This document shows, one piece after another, positions 51,735 to 64,000 of a stretch of 64,000 nucleotides of DNA. Source of the stretch: Fonticula alba ATCC 38817 (taxonomy: Eukaryota > Protista > Nucleariida); the NCBI GenBank assembly GCA_000388065.2, contig KB932209.1; one strand, given 5' to 3'. Within the stretch, counting starts at the first letter, position 1, and each line of letters starts with the position of its first letter. Below the pieces are notes generated by a model. That model had not been told where the DNA came from and ran no database searches. It worked only from the letters and a program-made list of their open reading frames with translations. The translations under genes and the position numbers were made by a program.

Positions 51735-54608
51735 ATGGACAAGCGCCTCCGTCTCCTGCTCGGGGGCCTGATCCTTCTCGGGTGCGCCCGGGCCCCCTTC
51801 GCCACACGCACGCTCGTACCCTTTACATCCAACCATGCGCCCATGCATCCGTGTGCTTGCTCGATCTACTCACGCATCAAGATGCTCGGCCCCCTACAAC
51901 ATAGGACCCTGGCCTACTGGCTGGCGCCGCTGGCCCTGTTGGCGGTCATCCCCCATGATGGGGTGGCCCTGCGAACCTACCTCTCGGAGAATGCCCTCAA
52001 TCCCCGGTCTCGGACGTCGGTCTTCGGCCATGGTGCTGACCAGGCCGGCGCCGATGCATTGCGCCTGGCCCGGGCCTTGCGGTCCGGGGAGTTCGCCCCT
52101 CAGGACGACGAGTGGCGCCCGCACCCTGCCGAGGACAGCTCCAGCCCCCTTGCACTGGGCCACCTGGCGCCGGTGTCCCACCTGGCCCGGGCCCTGGAGA
52201 TGCGCCTCCGCCGCCGCGTGGCCGTGCACCACTTCGCTGATGTGCGTGCTGACGCCGGTGGCCCCTACCGCGGGGCCTGCGTCTGCCTCTATGCGCCGGT
52301 TGCCCTGCTTTCCTCTCCCCCTCTCCCCCTCCCCCCGCTGCTTGCCTCCTTTCTGACGCCCCCCCTCGGGGCCTTCGCAGCCGGCCGATGGCTCCCTTCG
52401 CTCCAACCTGTATATGGTCTTCCCGGCCAAGCGCGGCGACGGCACGGAGTCCCTGGCTGTCGTCGTCCCACGCGCCTGGTTTGACGCATACGAGGCCAAG
52501 TGGCATGGTGCGCATCCGTGGATGTCTTCCCCTCCTCCTTTCCCCCCCCCCCCCCCCCCCCCCNNNNNNNNNNCCCCCCCCCCATCCCCCCGGGGCTTCG
52601 GCCACTGATCCGTCCCTGCCCGCGTCGTGCCTCCCTGCCGACCGACCTCCGGCGAGCCAGACAATACACAGTCCATTGCTCTGGTCATCTCGCTGATGGA
52701 GCGCATTCATGGTACGCGCTCGAGCCTTGCCTCTCGCCTCTTTGCGCATCTCCAATCCCCCTGGCTCGCCCTCTCCCGCACCGGTGCCTAACTTGTCTTG
52801 CTCCCCCTCCCCTTCGGCTTCCCCCTCGGCTCAGGGCTTGCCTTTTGGGCCAAGGACTTGGTGCTGATCATCGCCGACCCGTCGCCGGTGGCCATGAAGT
52901 ACTGGATCCAGGACATCTACCGCGGCGAGGGCCTCTCCTCCGGAAGTGCGAGCGCGCCCGGCGGTGTCGGCCAGCCGCAGACCGACAACTACCGGCCGCC
53001 GATCAGCGTCCTGCAAGCGGCCATCGGCGTGGAAATGCTCGACTCCGGCACCTTCTCCGGGCTGGTGGGACTGGTTGGTGCGTTTCGCTCGCCCGTCACC
53101 TCCTTTGGCCATCTCCGCCTCGCCTTCCCACACAACAAGCCGCCCTCCTGCCTCTCATGCCCTCTCTTGTCTTCCCCCCCCCCCCCCCCCGCCCCCTCTC
53201 CCCCCGGCATCCCTTGCTCGCCACCCCGTCGCAGAGGGCATCGACGGCAGGCTGCCCAATTTGGATCTCTACAACAGCCTGGTGCGCGTGTCCGGGCCGG
53301 AGTCCCTGTGCACCTTCCAGCCGTCGGCCCCGCTTCTGTGCAATGCCAGTAGCCTGCCCATTCGCCCGCCGCCCGCCTCGGGGTCCGGGTCGCCCTGCGC
53401 CTCGATCGAGACCTGCCCGGCCACCCTCCTGGCGCATACCCTGAACACGGCGCTCCCCCTGCTCAACGACCTGCTCGGCAGCGGGCGCTCCTCCGGGGGG
53501 GTCCATGCCGATGTGGTGTCCCACCAGGTGGGCCGCTTTGCCGCCATGGCGGCCAACATCGGCCGGCTGTCGCTGCTCAACGGCGTGGTGGACATTGTGC
53601 CGCCGGCGGCAATGACCCAGCATCCGGGGCTGCCGGCCGCCGCGGTGCCGCCCCATGTGCACTTCCTCCAGGCCGGCGTCGAGGCGCTGACCATTCGCTT
53701 CGTCGGCCGCTCGGCCCAGTACACCACCCTGAATGTCCAGTCGTCGTCCTACCGCGGCGCGGCGGCCCTCAACCGGGCTGGCCGGTATGTTTCCCCCGCG
53801 CTCTCCGCCCCGCCTCTCCCCCCGCCCCCCTCTTTTCACTGGTCTCTCTGTTGCTGACCAGCCTCGGGCCCCCTCGGGCCGGACATCCATCCGATCATCC
53901 CCACCTCTCAGAACCGTCGAGCAGCTCCTCTACACTGTGAACAACCTCCTGGAGAAGTACCACCAATCTTTCTTCGTGTACTGGCTCCTCGGTCCGCTGC
54001 ACTTCACCTCCATCGCCAATGCCACCGGTCTGGTGGCCGCGGCAGCCATCCTCCCCCTGGTGCTGGGATCCATCGTGTTCTGGGTCCGCGCCTCGACCGG
54101 GCCCGGTGGAAAGGGCTCGGGTCCTGCTCGTTCCTCGAGCGTCGCGTCGCCGGTCTTCCTGGGCCTGTTGGCCCTGCTGGCCTACCTGGCCCTGGGAGGC
54201 TATGTGCTGGACGCGGCGCCGGCCGGTCCGGGCGCCAGCCTTGACGTATGTGCTCCGACACTGCTGGCTGTTGTTCGCTGTGCCCATGTTTGCGCATGCT
54301 CGCCAAGTTGCTGGCTCCGTGTGCCCCATCGTCACGTCCTAACCATACATCCACCCACTTGCACTCACGCACGATTCCATATTTATATATACACAGCGGA
54401 CTCTGATCGTGATGTCAGCTATCTTTGCCGGATGTCTCCTCTCGCTGGTGGCAGCACTGTGCCTGACCGCGCCAACCTGTTGCACAGAGTGCGCTCCTCT
54501 CTTGTTCCCTTGCCTGCCGCACGCTGTGCACACACTTACTCGATGGTGTTGCGCCCACACGCTACCTCGGCATGTGCATTCGCACCCGCACCGACACACA
54601 TACACACA

Positions 54609-54653
<45 letters not shown>

Positions 54654-55316
54654 GCACGCACGCACGCACGCACACACGCGCACAGGCACCGCGCCCGCTT
54701 CGTCTTCCAGAAGGGCAGCCTGCTCGCCTTCCTTGGGGCCAGCCTCAGCGCCGTGGCCCTGGCCTCTCTCTGTGCAACGGCCAATGTGTCGCTGGCACTG
54801 ACGCTTGGGGTTCTGGCCGCCGGAACGGGCCTCGCCGCCCAGTGGGCGCTTCAGGTCTTGGCAGCCCCCGGGGCGGGGGCCCTGCGCGGTATCCTCCTTC
54901 TGGCGGCCGGCCTCGTCGTCACCGTCGTGGCCTCTCCCGGGGCATCTTTTGCTCTGCTGGCCCTCCTGGACCTGGGCAGCACCGGATCCGGAGCCGGGGC
55001 CAAGACGCCACCGGCACACCTTGCCGGATTGCTGACCCGCATTGGCCAGGCTCTGACTGGTGCCAGCTCCTCGACGGCGGCTCCCCTTGATTGGTCTGGT
55101 CTCGTGGGTGATCTGCTTTCCATGGCCGGGCAGACGGCTGGGCGGCTGCGCACGGCGGCCCACATCGGCGGGTCGTCGGCCCTCTGGTGGACCGGCATGA
55201 CCCTGGCGCCGGTTGGCCTCCTCAGTGCGGTGGCCGTTCTCTTTTCCGGTGCCGGAGTCCTGACTGGCCGGGCGCCAGCCCAGTGCCCCGTGGCCATCCG
55301 GCCGAAGGAGGACTGA
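51735..55316 (+). CDS. GAA1: GPI transamidase subunit Gaa1/GPAA1; multi-exon
   Basis: N-terminal TM then RTYLSENAL, ESLAVVVP, WAKDLVLII, EGIDGRLPNLDLYN, VEALTI, NNLLEKYHQSFFVYWL, followed by several C-terminal TM helices. Confidence 0.92.
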
Positions 55317-55806
55317 TGCCAGCCGACCGGGCCATCTCCTGGGGGCCGGAGCAATACACTCTGGCTTTTTTCACATGACGACCGAGAGCCGGGCGCGGGG
55401 GAGAAAGGGCCAGGTGGAAGGGCATGCCGGTGAAACACTCCTGCTTAATCTTGGCGGGGAGCCGTACAAGCGGATGTGCATGGAAGAGATTGGGCGTAAA
55501 CACGATCAACCCTTCGTACGTGACAGAGCGTGGCAGAGTGCGCATTTGGCACGCGTGACAAAACGATCAAAGAGCCGCCCGGGCGTGGATACTCCATGAA
55601 CGTGGGTGCACGAGACGGACAACGGTCCTTCCAAGGGGATCTCGTCCCTGGGGGGGGGGGGATGCACGGGACGCCATCAGGGAGGTCCTGCTGTGTGTGT
55701 GTGTGTGTGTATATACATATATATATGCTTGTGTGGGAAGGATGTTGTGGTATATTTATTTTTTTCATCTTCCCCGGATGCAACTCCTCCCTCTGGGCGG
55801 AGCACA

Positions 55807-56981
55807 TCAGAAGGCGAAAACGCGCACCGAGCCATCGGCCGCCACGCAGGCAAGCTCGTCGGCCGGAAGGCCCAGACCCTTGGACCCGGGAACCGGCGGC
55901 CGCCAGGCCAGCTTGGCCACGGCGTCTCCCGGGCACAGATGGCCGGGGAGGGTGGCCGGCTCGTCGGGAACCACACGCAGGCTGTCAGCTTGCAGATGAA
56001 CCAGAGCCACCCGGCCGGACTGGTGCCCGAGGGCGATGCGCCAACGGCGCTCGGGACCCGGGGTCGGGCACACGGCCAGCGCCGAGAGCGGGCTCACGGC
56101 GAACTTCACCTGGTCCGTCGGGTGGACGAGGAATCGCGCGGCCGGCCCGGCCCGGCTGTCAGCCCCGGTATCCTCCAGGCGGAAGACCCGGAGAACGCCA
56201 TCTCGTGAGGCGGTCACGAATCCCGCCGGCAGGGACCCGGGGCCGGCCGTCAGCGGGAGCCAGGCACAAGCCCAAATCATGCGCCGGTGCGCCTCGGGCA
56301 GATGGGCCTCCAGCACCGCGCGAATGGCCGGCTCGGAGTCCGGCACAGACTCGCCCGGGCCGGCGGGCCCCTCATCGGGCCAAAGCGAATGCAGGGCAAT
56401 GCCACGATCGCGCGACACCGACAGCAGCAGACGCGGCCCGGCCCCGGACCCAGCAGGCCCGGCCGGGGCAAAGGCCATCTGTGTCACGGTCAGCCCGTGC
56501 ACTGGCAGCGACACTGCGCCGGCAACATCCACCGCGCCTGGGGTCGCTTGGTACCGCAGCGGAATCGGCCGCCACGAGGTCATCGACCAAAGCCGGATGC
56601 CGGCGTCACGCCCGGAGGAAGCTTGGGCCGCGGTGGCCAGCAGCGCCGGCAGACCGGGCGTCGGCTGCCCCGGGGCCTGGTCCTCATCCGGGAGGTCGGC
56701 ATCCGCGCTGGAGGCAATGGTGTTCAGCTCGAAGGGATGCCCATACAGCTTATGCTCCTCCACCCACAGGGTTCCGAGGATCAGACAGTCCTCAGTCGGG
56801 GGGATGGCCCACTCGGCGCGAGCATCTGCCGCCGGGGAGGGGGCCGGGCGAAAGGGAGACACAGGACGAGTGAGCCAGGCAGGTGATCGATGAAACCGGC
56901 ATTGGATCGACCAAGGGAGGGGAGCGGGTGCGTCAGATACCACGAGAGGGAAGGATGGAAGAGGCACAGAAGAAAGGAGAG

Positions 56982-57016
<35 letters not shown>

Positions 57017-59439
57017 CGAGGGAGGGAGAGAGAGAGAGAAAGGAAAAGAGAGGGCAGGAGGGAAAACCATGAGAGGAAGGCCGGGGCGGCTGGGCGCACC
57101 CTCATCAGCGGTCGATTCCGCCACATGGTCAGCCGGGCGGTTTGAGGCGGCGGTCATGCGGTTGGACAGGCCCAGCGCCTCGACCTGGACATCGGCGGCC
57201 GCGGAGAACTCCACGGCGGCCAGGTCCTCCGGGGCCATGAGCGCATGCCCGGTGATCAGGGACATGGAGGCGCGCAGGCGCGGCGGGGCGGCCATGATGC
57301 GCGCGGCCTTCTCCCCGGCCGCGGCACATGCATACGTATGTGCCTGCTGGCCGAAGGCGATCGCCGCCAAGGGGTGACCATGCAGCTGAGGCCGGCACAA
57401 TTCATAGTAGTGGCCCGGCTCCGTGGCGGCCGGGACATCCGGGTCTGGGCGCCACCGGCCGAACACCCGGGCCGTGTGGTCCTCCCCGGCCGTGAGTAAG
57501 TACCGCCCGGGGCCGGCCCCGTGCGATCGGTGGGGATCCCACGCGCAATCGGTCGCCGGGCCGGTATGACCACTGCACACGGGCTGCGAGGCCCAGCACT
57601 CGGGCAGCAGCCCAGCATGGGCCGGGTCGGCCCCCTCGGCTTCCAGGTCCTCAGCCGCCAGCCGGTACCACGACCGGAGGTTGCCATTGTGCCCGATGGC
57701 GATGGCCTGTGCGTGCGGACCGCCGACCAGCCAAGCGGCCGCGGTGAAGCCGCGGTTGTGGTCCGTCGAGCCGGACTCCCCGAGACAGGCCTGCTCCAGC
57801 CAGAGGAGGTCATCAGCAAGGCGCCCGGCCGAGGCGGACACCCCGCGCCACACGCGCACCGTCCGGTCCATCGAGCAGGTGAGCAGCCCGCGGGCTGGGG
57901 GCACCGGCCGGGCGGCCTCGGCCCCGAGTGGCCCCCGGGGGCGCCCAATGGCCAGGTCCTCCGTCTGGCCGGTGGGCTCCCAGCAAACCGTATGCACGGG
58001 GTCCTCATGACCGAGGAGCAGTGCCTCGAAGGCCACCGAGTAGGTGGCCCGCCCAGGGCCGGGGCCGTCGTCCGCCTTGGACAACACGAGTGCCGGCAAA
58101 TCGAAAGCGCATGTCTCATGCTTGTCCATCAGGGCGCGGCTATGTCCGATCGGGCGAGAGAGAGAGAGAGAGAGGGGGGGGGGGGAGGGAGATGGGCATG
58201 GGGAGCGAGGAAGGAGGAGTCGGGGATGGGCAGGATGTCAGGCGTGTGTGTGACAGTGTCCAGGAAGGCGCTTTCGCGCAAGAGAGAGAGAGGGGGGGGG
58301 GGAGAGAGAGATACAACAGGAGTAGAGTGTGCGCCGGTACGTACATGCGTGACTGGATGGTCTCCATGGAGTCGGCCACATTCTCGCCGTCACCGGCCGA
58401 GGTACCGACCTCCGGGCTGAGGGACTTCAGCTGCACACTCCACAGACGGATCGAGTGGTCGAATGATGCCGACGCCAGCCACAGGGATGGCGCGCCGGCC
58501 GTGTCGACTGCCGGACTGTGGCAGAAGGAGAGCCCGCCAACCCAATCAGTGTGGCCGTCGATGGTGGCCACCCGGGCGGCCTAGACACATGGCCACCGGC
58601 GAGAACGAGGGCAGCGGGGGGGGGGGGGTAGGTAGGTAGGTAGGTAGGTAGGGGGGGACGCGATTAGTGTGCAGCGAATTAGGGGAGGTGCGGGCGATGG
58701 CACGGCAGACCGGCCACCAGAGGGACGCACCTCGAAGGCCGGCAGGCAGATGGTCCACAGGCCGATCGTAGCATCGGACAGACCGGCGGCCAGCAGGATA
58801 TCCCCACGGCCGGGGGACGAGGCGGTCGGGAGCCGGGACATGGCCAGGGAATGGGCCGGACCGCGGCCAAGCGCCGGCATGGCCACCTCGCGACACATGG
58901 CCGACGCTTCGGAAAAGAACCCCGGCACGTGGACCTCATGCAGGGTCAGCTCGCCATCGGCCCCGGCGGCCGCCACAAGCAGATCCCGCGGCCCGGCATA
59001 CTCCCGGTTGATGGCGGCATGCGCCGCAAAGGGCCCGGCCCCGGGGTCGAGGCTGGCCGGTGGTGTGGTGATCTCGTCCCCGGTCGAGGGGCCCAAGTCC
59101 AGGCAAGAAAGTGCCAACACCGCGGAGGCGGTGCGAATGGTGGCCACCAGGCGCCAGGCGCCGCGGGGATCCGGCAGGCCGACCAGCCGGGCTGCCTGCC
59201 AATCAGCCGGCACCCAGACACACAGGAGCCCATCCTGGCCGCCGGAAACCAGCGCCCGATCGAGGCCGGCCACGGTGATGCCGGCCACCCCGGTCACGAC
59301 GCCCTGATGCCCAACCAGCGTGGCGACCGCGCGATTGTGCGGAGGGTCCTGTTGGACCGTGACATCGCCCCGGCAGGGGGAGGGGGGGAGACAGAGAAAG
59401 ACGGAGAGAGGGGGGGGGGAAATCCGAAGGGTGTCAGTG

Positions 59440-59484
<45 letters not shown>

Positions 59485-59678
59485 CAGTGGAGATCCGAAC
59501 AGATCGTGCCCAATGACATGCGCCCGGCGCAGCAGCCCAAAGAGACGAGGCGTACATCCGGCAGGCAGATGGCCACGGAATTGTGGCAGCCGTAGGTCCA
59601 AATCGAGTGGCCGGACCAGAGAGCCCCCGGTGACCGGGCGGCACCGATGGCCAGAAACTCGAGCGACGGCATTGACAT
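55807..59678 (-). CDS. ELP2: Elongator complex subunit Elp2 (tandem WD40 propellers); multi-exon
   Basis: GHTDWV, LASASFDHSIRLW, FEALLLGHEDPV, LTCSMDRT, SGHTGP..DCAWDP, ELCRPQLHGH, ALGLSN, PPTEDCL..GTLWVEEHKLYGHPFE, HGLTVTQMAF, LLSVSRDR, AHRRMIWACAW, TASRDG. Confidence 0.95.
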
Positions 59679-60120
59679 CGGCGCGGCGAGCACGTGGCAC
59701 GGCAGGGGGGAAGTAGAAAAGCGAGGCAGCAAAGGGCGTGCCGCAGGAGGGAGGGAGAGAGAGAGAGAGAGAGAGAAGGAAAGAAGGCAGGTAGGAAACA
59801 CAGAAGCCAAGGGGGGAGGCGGAGGCAAGGGCCGAGGGAACTAGGCAATCTAGGGAGGGAGAAGGGCTGGCGCGCGGGGGCGTGTGGGGGGGGGGGGTGC
59901 TTGGCCTGCGGCCAGCGGGGGCCCGCCGCGGCCCAATCTTTTGGTGATGCCGCCGGAGGCCGTCCCTCCCGCCCTGCCTCGGCAATTGCCCCCGTCGCGT
60001 GGGTGCCCGTCGGCAGCCGGGTCGCGTTGGAAGCTGGACCGCCAACGCTCCGCCAGGTTCGTGTGATTGATCCCCGTGGCCAGCGGGCTTTTGTGCCATG
60101 GCTTTGGATCAGGACAAATG

Positions 60121-60170
60121 GCCAATATTAATCCTCCTATTATTGGATTAACTCGGCTTCGGGTTTTTTC
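60121..60170. promoter_or_regulatory. AT-rich island with oppositely oriented CCAAT elements in the ELP2/phosphatase divergent intergenic region
   Basis: CCAAT at 60122 and ATTGG at 60142; TTAATCC/GGATTAA inverted repeat; function inferred only. Confidence 0.3.
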
Positions 60171-60975
60171 CCTCGGGCGAAGGGGGCCCAGGCGCGCCGG
60201 CGCTCCCACGCCCAGATGCTGGGCACTTCCACCGAACAGTCTGCCCCCCCCTCCGGGTGTACCCCTGCGTGGGTGACAGAAGGCGTCCCCGTTCCGAAGG
60301 CCGTCCGGGTGTGGTGGCAGGCCTTCCGGCGTGCGCACGTTCATCTGCCGGCCGGTATGTGCGTGCCATGGCCATCTGGCAGGGGGGATTTTTTCCCCCT
60401 TGCGATCCCCCGGTGCCATTTCCGAACCATGCCGAGGGAAAATGCACGGCCGGCTGGGTGTCTCCACGGTCGCCGGGCATTCTCTCCCGGGTCGTTTGCT
60501 GGCTGGGCTGCCTCACGCGGCCGCGGTGGCAGTTGCGCTAGATGGCCCAGCCCTCCCCCTGGGAGAGGGGGCAAAGGGCCGCATACCCAGCAGCCCCTGT
60601 GCCCCGGCCTCCCCCCATTCGCCACGCCCCCCTTCTGCCGGATCCTCATGGGGGGGGGGGGCAGAAGCCCGGGCACGCGCGGACCCTAGACCATCGTGGC
60701 GTGGGGATATTAAAGCAGATCGGCCCTCCTCGCGACAAGCTCGATCAGGGGGTATACGGCATCGGGTTTCCCTTCCTTCATTCACCTCCCCGTGCTTCCT
60801 CCCTCGCCTTTCTTCCTCCCCCACCTCTCTTCCTCCTCCACCTTTCTTCCCCCCCCCCTCTGGTGCTCCTGCTCTGCGTGGTCCCTTCCACTCCCCGTGT
60901 GTCTGTGTGTGTCTATACCTCTGGGGAAGCTCGGAGCATCTTCCGTCATCCCCCCCCTTTCTACTCTCAGACAGG

Positions 60976-62889
60976 ATGGAGCTCAGTCCACGGAATGATC
61001 CGGAGATTGGTGGAGCCGGTGTCGGCGACCCGAGCCCCATCCTCCCGGAAGATCCGGCTGGCAAGCCGGGCCGGCCGCGCCCCTGGTGGGTCTTTGTCCT
61101 GGTGGGGCTCCTCCTGGGGGCCCTCGTGGCCGGGGCGGTGGCCGCAGCTGTTGTGGCCACCCAACGGTCCGGGTCCGAGGCCCCGCTGCCGGATCCGAGT
61201 GACTCCTCCCCCGGGCCGAGCGACTCTTCCCCCGGGTCGGGCGACTCCTCCCCCGGGTCCTCCCCCGGGTCGGGCGACTCCTCCCCCGGGTCCTCCCCCG
61301 GGCCGGGAGATGCATCCTCCAGCTCGACGCCCCCGCCGCGCTCGGTGATCCTCATGGTGTCGGATGGCAGCGGCCCGGCCTCGATGACGGTGGCCCGGTA
61401 TGTGGCCTATCACATGCAGCAGGCCGCCGCCGGGAATGTGGCCATGGGCGCCGATGCCGCCGGGGCCGAGCCCCTGCTGGTCCTTCCGGAAGACTTCACC
61501 CTGCCGCTGGATCGGATGCTGGTGGGTACGGCACGGACGCGGTCCTCTTCGTCGCTGGTGACCGATTCGGCGGCCGGGGCCACGGCCTTTTCCTGCGCGG
61601 CCAAGACCTACAACGGGGCCATCGCCGTGACCCCAGACGACCGGCTCCCTTGCGGGACGATTCTCGAAGCGGCGGCCGTGGCCGGCCTGCGGACCGGGCT
61701 GGTGGCCACGTCGCGCGTGACGCACGCCACCCCGGCGGCCTTCAGCGCCCATGTGGCCAGCCGATCGTCGGAGAACCAGATCGCCGAGCAGCAAGTGGCC
61801 GGCGCCACGCCGCTGGACTTCATGCCGGACCTGGTGCTCGGTGGTGGCCGGCGCCACTTCATGCCGAAGTCCGTCCGGGGGTCCCGGCGGTCCGACGAGC
61901 GGGACCTGATGGCCGAGGCGGAGCAGCGCTTCGGGGCCACGGTCGTCCGTACGGCCAACCAGCTGGCGGCATTGCTCCCCTCTGACCCGGCCGCCCAGCC
62001 CGCTTTCCCGGTGCTGGGGCTCTTTTCCGACACGCACTTGGCCTATGAGCTGGACCGGCCGACCACGGACCAGCCCTCGCTGCTGGAGATGACGGACTTC
62101 GCTTTGGAATCCCTCGGCCGGGAGCTTCGCCAAACCGGGACCCCCTTCTTCCTGATGGTGGAGGGGTCGAAGATTGACCTGGCCGCGCATGACCAGGACC
62201 CGGGGGCCCATGTGCATGACATTCTCATGTACAATCGCGCGGTGGACCGGGCGCGGGCCTTTGTCGATGAGCATCCCGGCACGGTGCTCATCTCGGTGTC
62301 GGACCACGAAACCGGCGGCCTGACGGCCGGGGCCGAGGTGGGAGCCAGCCCCAAGTCCTATCTCTGGCATCCCGGGGTGCTGGCCGCGGTGCAGCGGTCG
62401 ACCGACTTTGTGGCGGCCGAGCTGTTCACCTTCGAGCGGGCCAACTCCCCGACCCAGGAGGCCATGGAGGCCCATGTGGTTGCCACCCTGGGCCAGGCGT
62501 TCCGCGTGACGGATCTCACCCCGGCCGAGGTGACTGCCATCGCCGAGCTGGCCTTCTTCAGCCGGACCACCCACACGGATGCCATGCTCCAAGCCCTGGG
62601 GAATGTGATTTCCCACCGGGCGGTCATTGGCTGGACCACGCATGGCCACACCGGGGTCGATGTCAATCTCTATGCGTATGGTGGGGCTGATGCCGGGGCC
62701 AATGCCGCCATCGTGGCCAGTCTGGCCGGCAGCCGTGAGAACACCGACATCGGGCGCTTTGTGGTCAATTATTTGGATCTGGACCTGGCCCAGGTGACTG
62801 CCACATTGCAGGCCGCCGGCGGGGCGTTGATGTTGGGCCCGGCTGACGAGCCTGCCTGGCCGGGGGCCTACACTCGTGGCCATGGCTGA
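60976..62889 (+). CDS. PHO8: Alkaline phosphatase, Pho8-like type II membrane protein; no coding intron evident
   Basis: Single N-terminal TM (WWVFVLVGLLLGALVAGAV). Motifs VILMVSDG, active-site VTDSAAGATAF, TSRVTHATPA, FFLMVEGSKIDLAAHDQD, SDHETGG and WTTHGHTGVDV lie in one uninterrupted frame. Confidence 0.95.
   Translation: MELSPRNDPEIGGAGVGDPSPILPEDPAGKPGRPRPWWVFVLVGLLLGALVAGAVAAAVVATQRSGSEAPLPDPSDSSPGPSDSSPGSGDSSPGSSPGSGDSSPGSSPGPGDASSSSTPPPRSVILMVSDGSGPASMTVARYVAYHMQQAAAGNVAMGADAAGAEPLLVLPEDFTLPLDRMLVGTARTRSSSSLVTDSAAGATAFSCAAKTYNGAIAVTPDDRLPCGTILEAAAVAGLRTGLVATSRVTHATPAAFSAHVASRSSENQIAEQQVAGATPLDFMPDLVLGGGRRHFMPKSVRGSRRSDERDLMAEAEQRFGATVVRTANQLAALLPSDPAAQPAFPVLGLFSDTHLAYELDRPTTDQPSLLEMTDFALESLGRELRQTGTPFFLMVEGSKIDLAAHDQDPGAHVHDILMYNRAVDRARAFVDEHPGTVLISVSDHETGGLTAGAEVGASPKSYLWHPGVLAAVQRSTDFVAAELFTFERANSPTQEAMEAHVVATLGQAFRVTDLTPAEVTAIAELAFFSRTTHTDAMLQALGNVISHRAVIGWTTHGHTGVDVNLYAYGGADAGANAAIVASLAGSRENTDIGRFVVNYLDLDLAQVTATLQAAGGALMLGPADEPAWPGAYTRGHG
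61201..61308 (+). repeat. Coding (D/G)SSPG repeat array between the TM helix and catalytic domain of the phosphatase
   Basis: DSSPGPSDSSPGSGDSSPGSSPGSGDSSPGSSPG from repeated TCCTCCCCCGGG units. Confidence 0.85.
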
Positions 62890-64000
62890 GCTGTCATCAG
62901 CCCCGGGCTTGGGTGGATCTCCCGGTATCCGCGCCTTGTCATGGCCCGGGTGTTTGTTTTGTCCTTGTGCACCTCTTTGTCGCCCCTCCCCACTCTTTCT
63001 TTCTTTCTTTCTCTCTCTCTCTCTCCCCCTCCTTCTCCCCCCCCCCATACCCCTCTCTTGTGGTAAATAGACGCTTTCCTTTTTGGTGTTTTGTTTGGCA
63101 ACCAGCCTTTCCCTGAGGAGTGGGTGTCTTGTGGTGTCGCCCTCGTCCGGTCCCGTACACATGGGCAGTGCCCCGGGGTGCTCCCCTCCCCCCAGACCGT
63201 CGAGCATCCGACCATCTACTCAGGCCCCCGTCTTTTCTGCTGTTCTCTCTGCTCTTGAACTTACCTCCTTGGCATCCCCCGTTATCGTTGCCCAACTCTT
63301 GCCGCCCACGTCTGTCCCTCAGTCTCGCGAGGGCCCCGGGTTTTGTTCCAATGACTCGTGCCCACCCCTCCCCCTCTCCCCTCCGCTCCTCTGCCACCCT
63401 CTGTCGGGGCTCCACCGCTCTGGCTCAGGCTCAGCCGAATCTCCCCTCAACCGTGGTCGCACAGACCCCCCCATCAGCATATCGCCCGAGACCCACCTGC
63501 TTTCGTGGCTGATCCCACGGAAGGGGCAGCCATCCCGCGGACTTCCCGGATCACTGCCCCCCCCCCCCCCCCGAGCCATCCGTGATTGGGAAAGAGTGTG
63601 CTGCTTTTTCAGGGAGCAAGGTGACAAATAAAACACCCCCAAGCGCACGAGGACCCCTTCCTGTAGTGGCTGCCCGAAATGCTCCCCTCGTACGCAGGTC
63701 ATGCCCGGGTGGGGGAGCTTGCCGGCCTGTCTGCCCCTCTGCCGAGGCCTGGCCGCAAAATAACACGTCGTCCATGGGCTGCTGATGTGCTAAGTCCACA
63801 ATCTAAGCGCACCTGTGCATATGGGCACGTGCCCCCCTCGAAGATCACACCCCGTCACCGGAACTGCGCGTCCGCGTTCCCGGGCCGCAGAATGCCAACC
63901 AATGTGAAATAGCCAGGGGGCTATCCAGCTGCCCCGGGCCCGGGGAGCCGGATCGGCCCGCCGGGGCGGCAAGAGACAATGAGCTGGAGACTGGGGGGGG

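Noticed and set aside
60967-63207. 746-aa minus-strand ORF opposite the alkaline phosphatase
   Set aside because: Antisense shadow ORF with no domain signal.
63083-63631. 182-aa plus-strand ORF downstream of the phosphatase
   Set aside because: Non-ATG start in the track, T-rich third codon positions unlike the real genes, and no motif; probably UTR or intergenic, though not excluded.

Overview
GC-rich, intron-containing eukaryotic nuclear DNA from a draft scaffold with many N gaps, mostly next to G/C homopolymers. It is not prokaryotic: no rRNA, tRNA, CRISPR or transposase is visible. I can reconstruct about 18 spliced protein-coding genes by joining ORF fragments across GT-AG introns (donors mostly GTGCGT/GTACGT/GTATGT, CTRAC branch points, C-run, (CT)n and (CA)n-rich introns). 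In order: LYR-motif protein (+), GH38 alpha-mannosidase (-), dynein light chain LC8 (+), SLC25A44-like carrier (-, frameshifted), LCMT1/PPM1 (+), TMEM33/Pom33 (+), Hrd1/gp78-like RING ligase (-), GNAT acetyltransferase (-), Rgp1-like (+), Eaf6 (-), AP-4 sigma (+), helical hypothetical (-), Has1/DDX18 (+), mitochondrial SAP+PPR-like protein (-), CDK11-like kinase (+), Gaa1 (+), Elp2 (-), Pho8-like alkaline phosphatase (+). Gene content and composition suggest a non-animal opisthokont such as Fonticula (inference, unverified). This is mostly housekeeping DNA and I found no clear multi-gene novel system. The best leads are the SAP+PPR protein with a His-rich repeat tail, C-run polarity that tracks transcription direction and predicts hidden transcripts, near-perfect strand alternation of genes, micro-exons, a possible C1orf109/AIRIM-like gene divergent from Has1, and a bacterial-type GNAT. 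A 1886-bp duplication and a one-base frameshift are probably assembly artefacts. Gene ends are hand-derived and approximate where gaps intervene.
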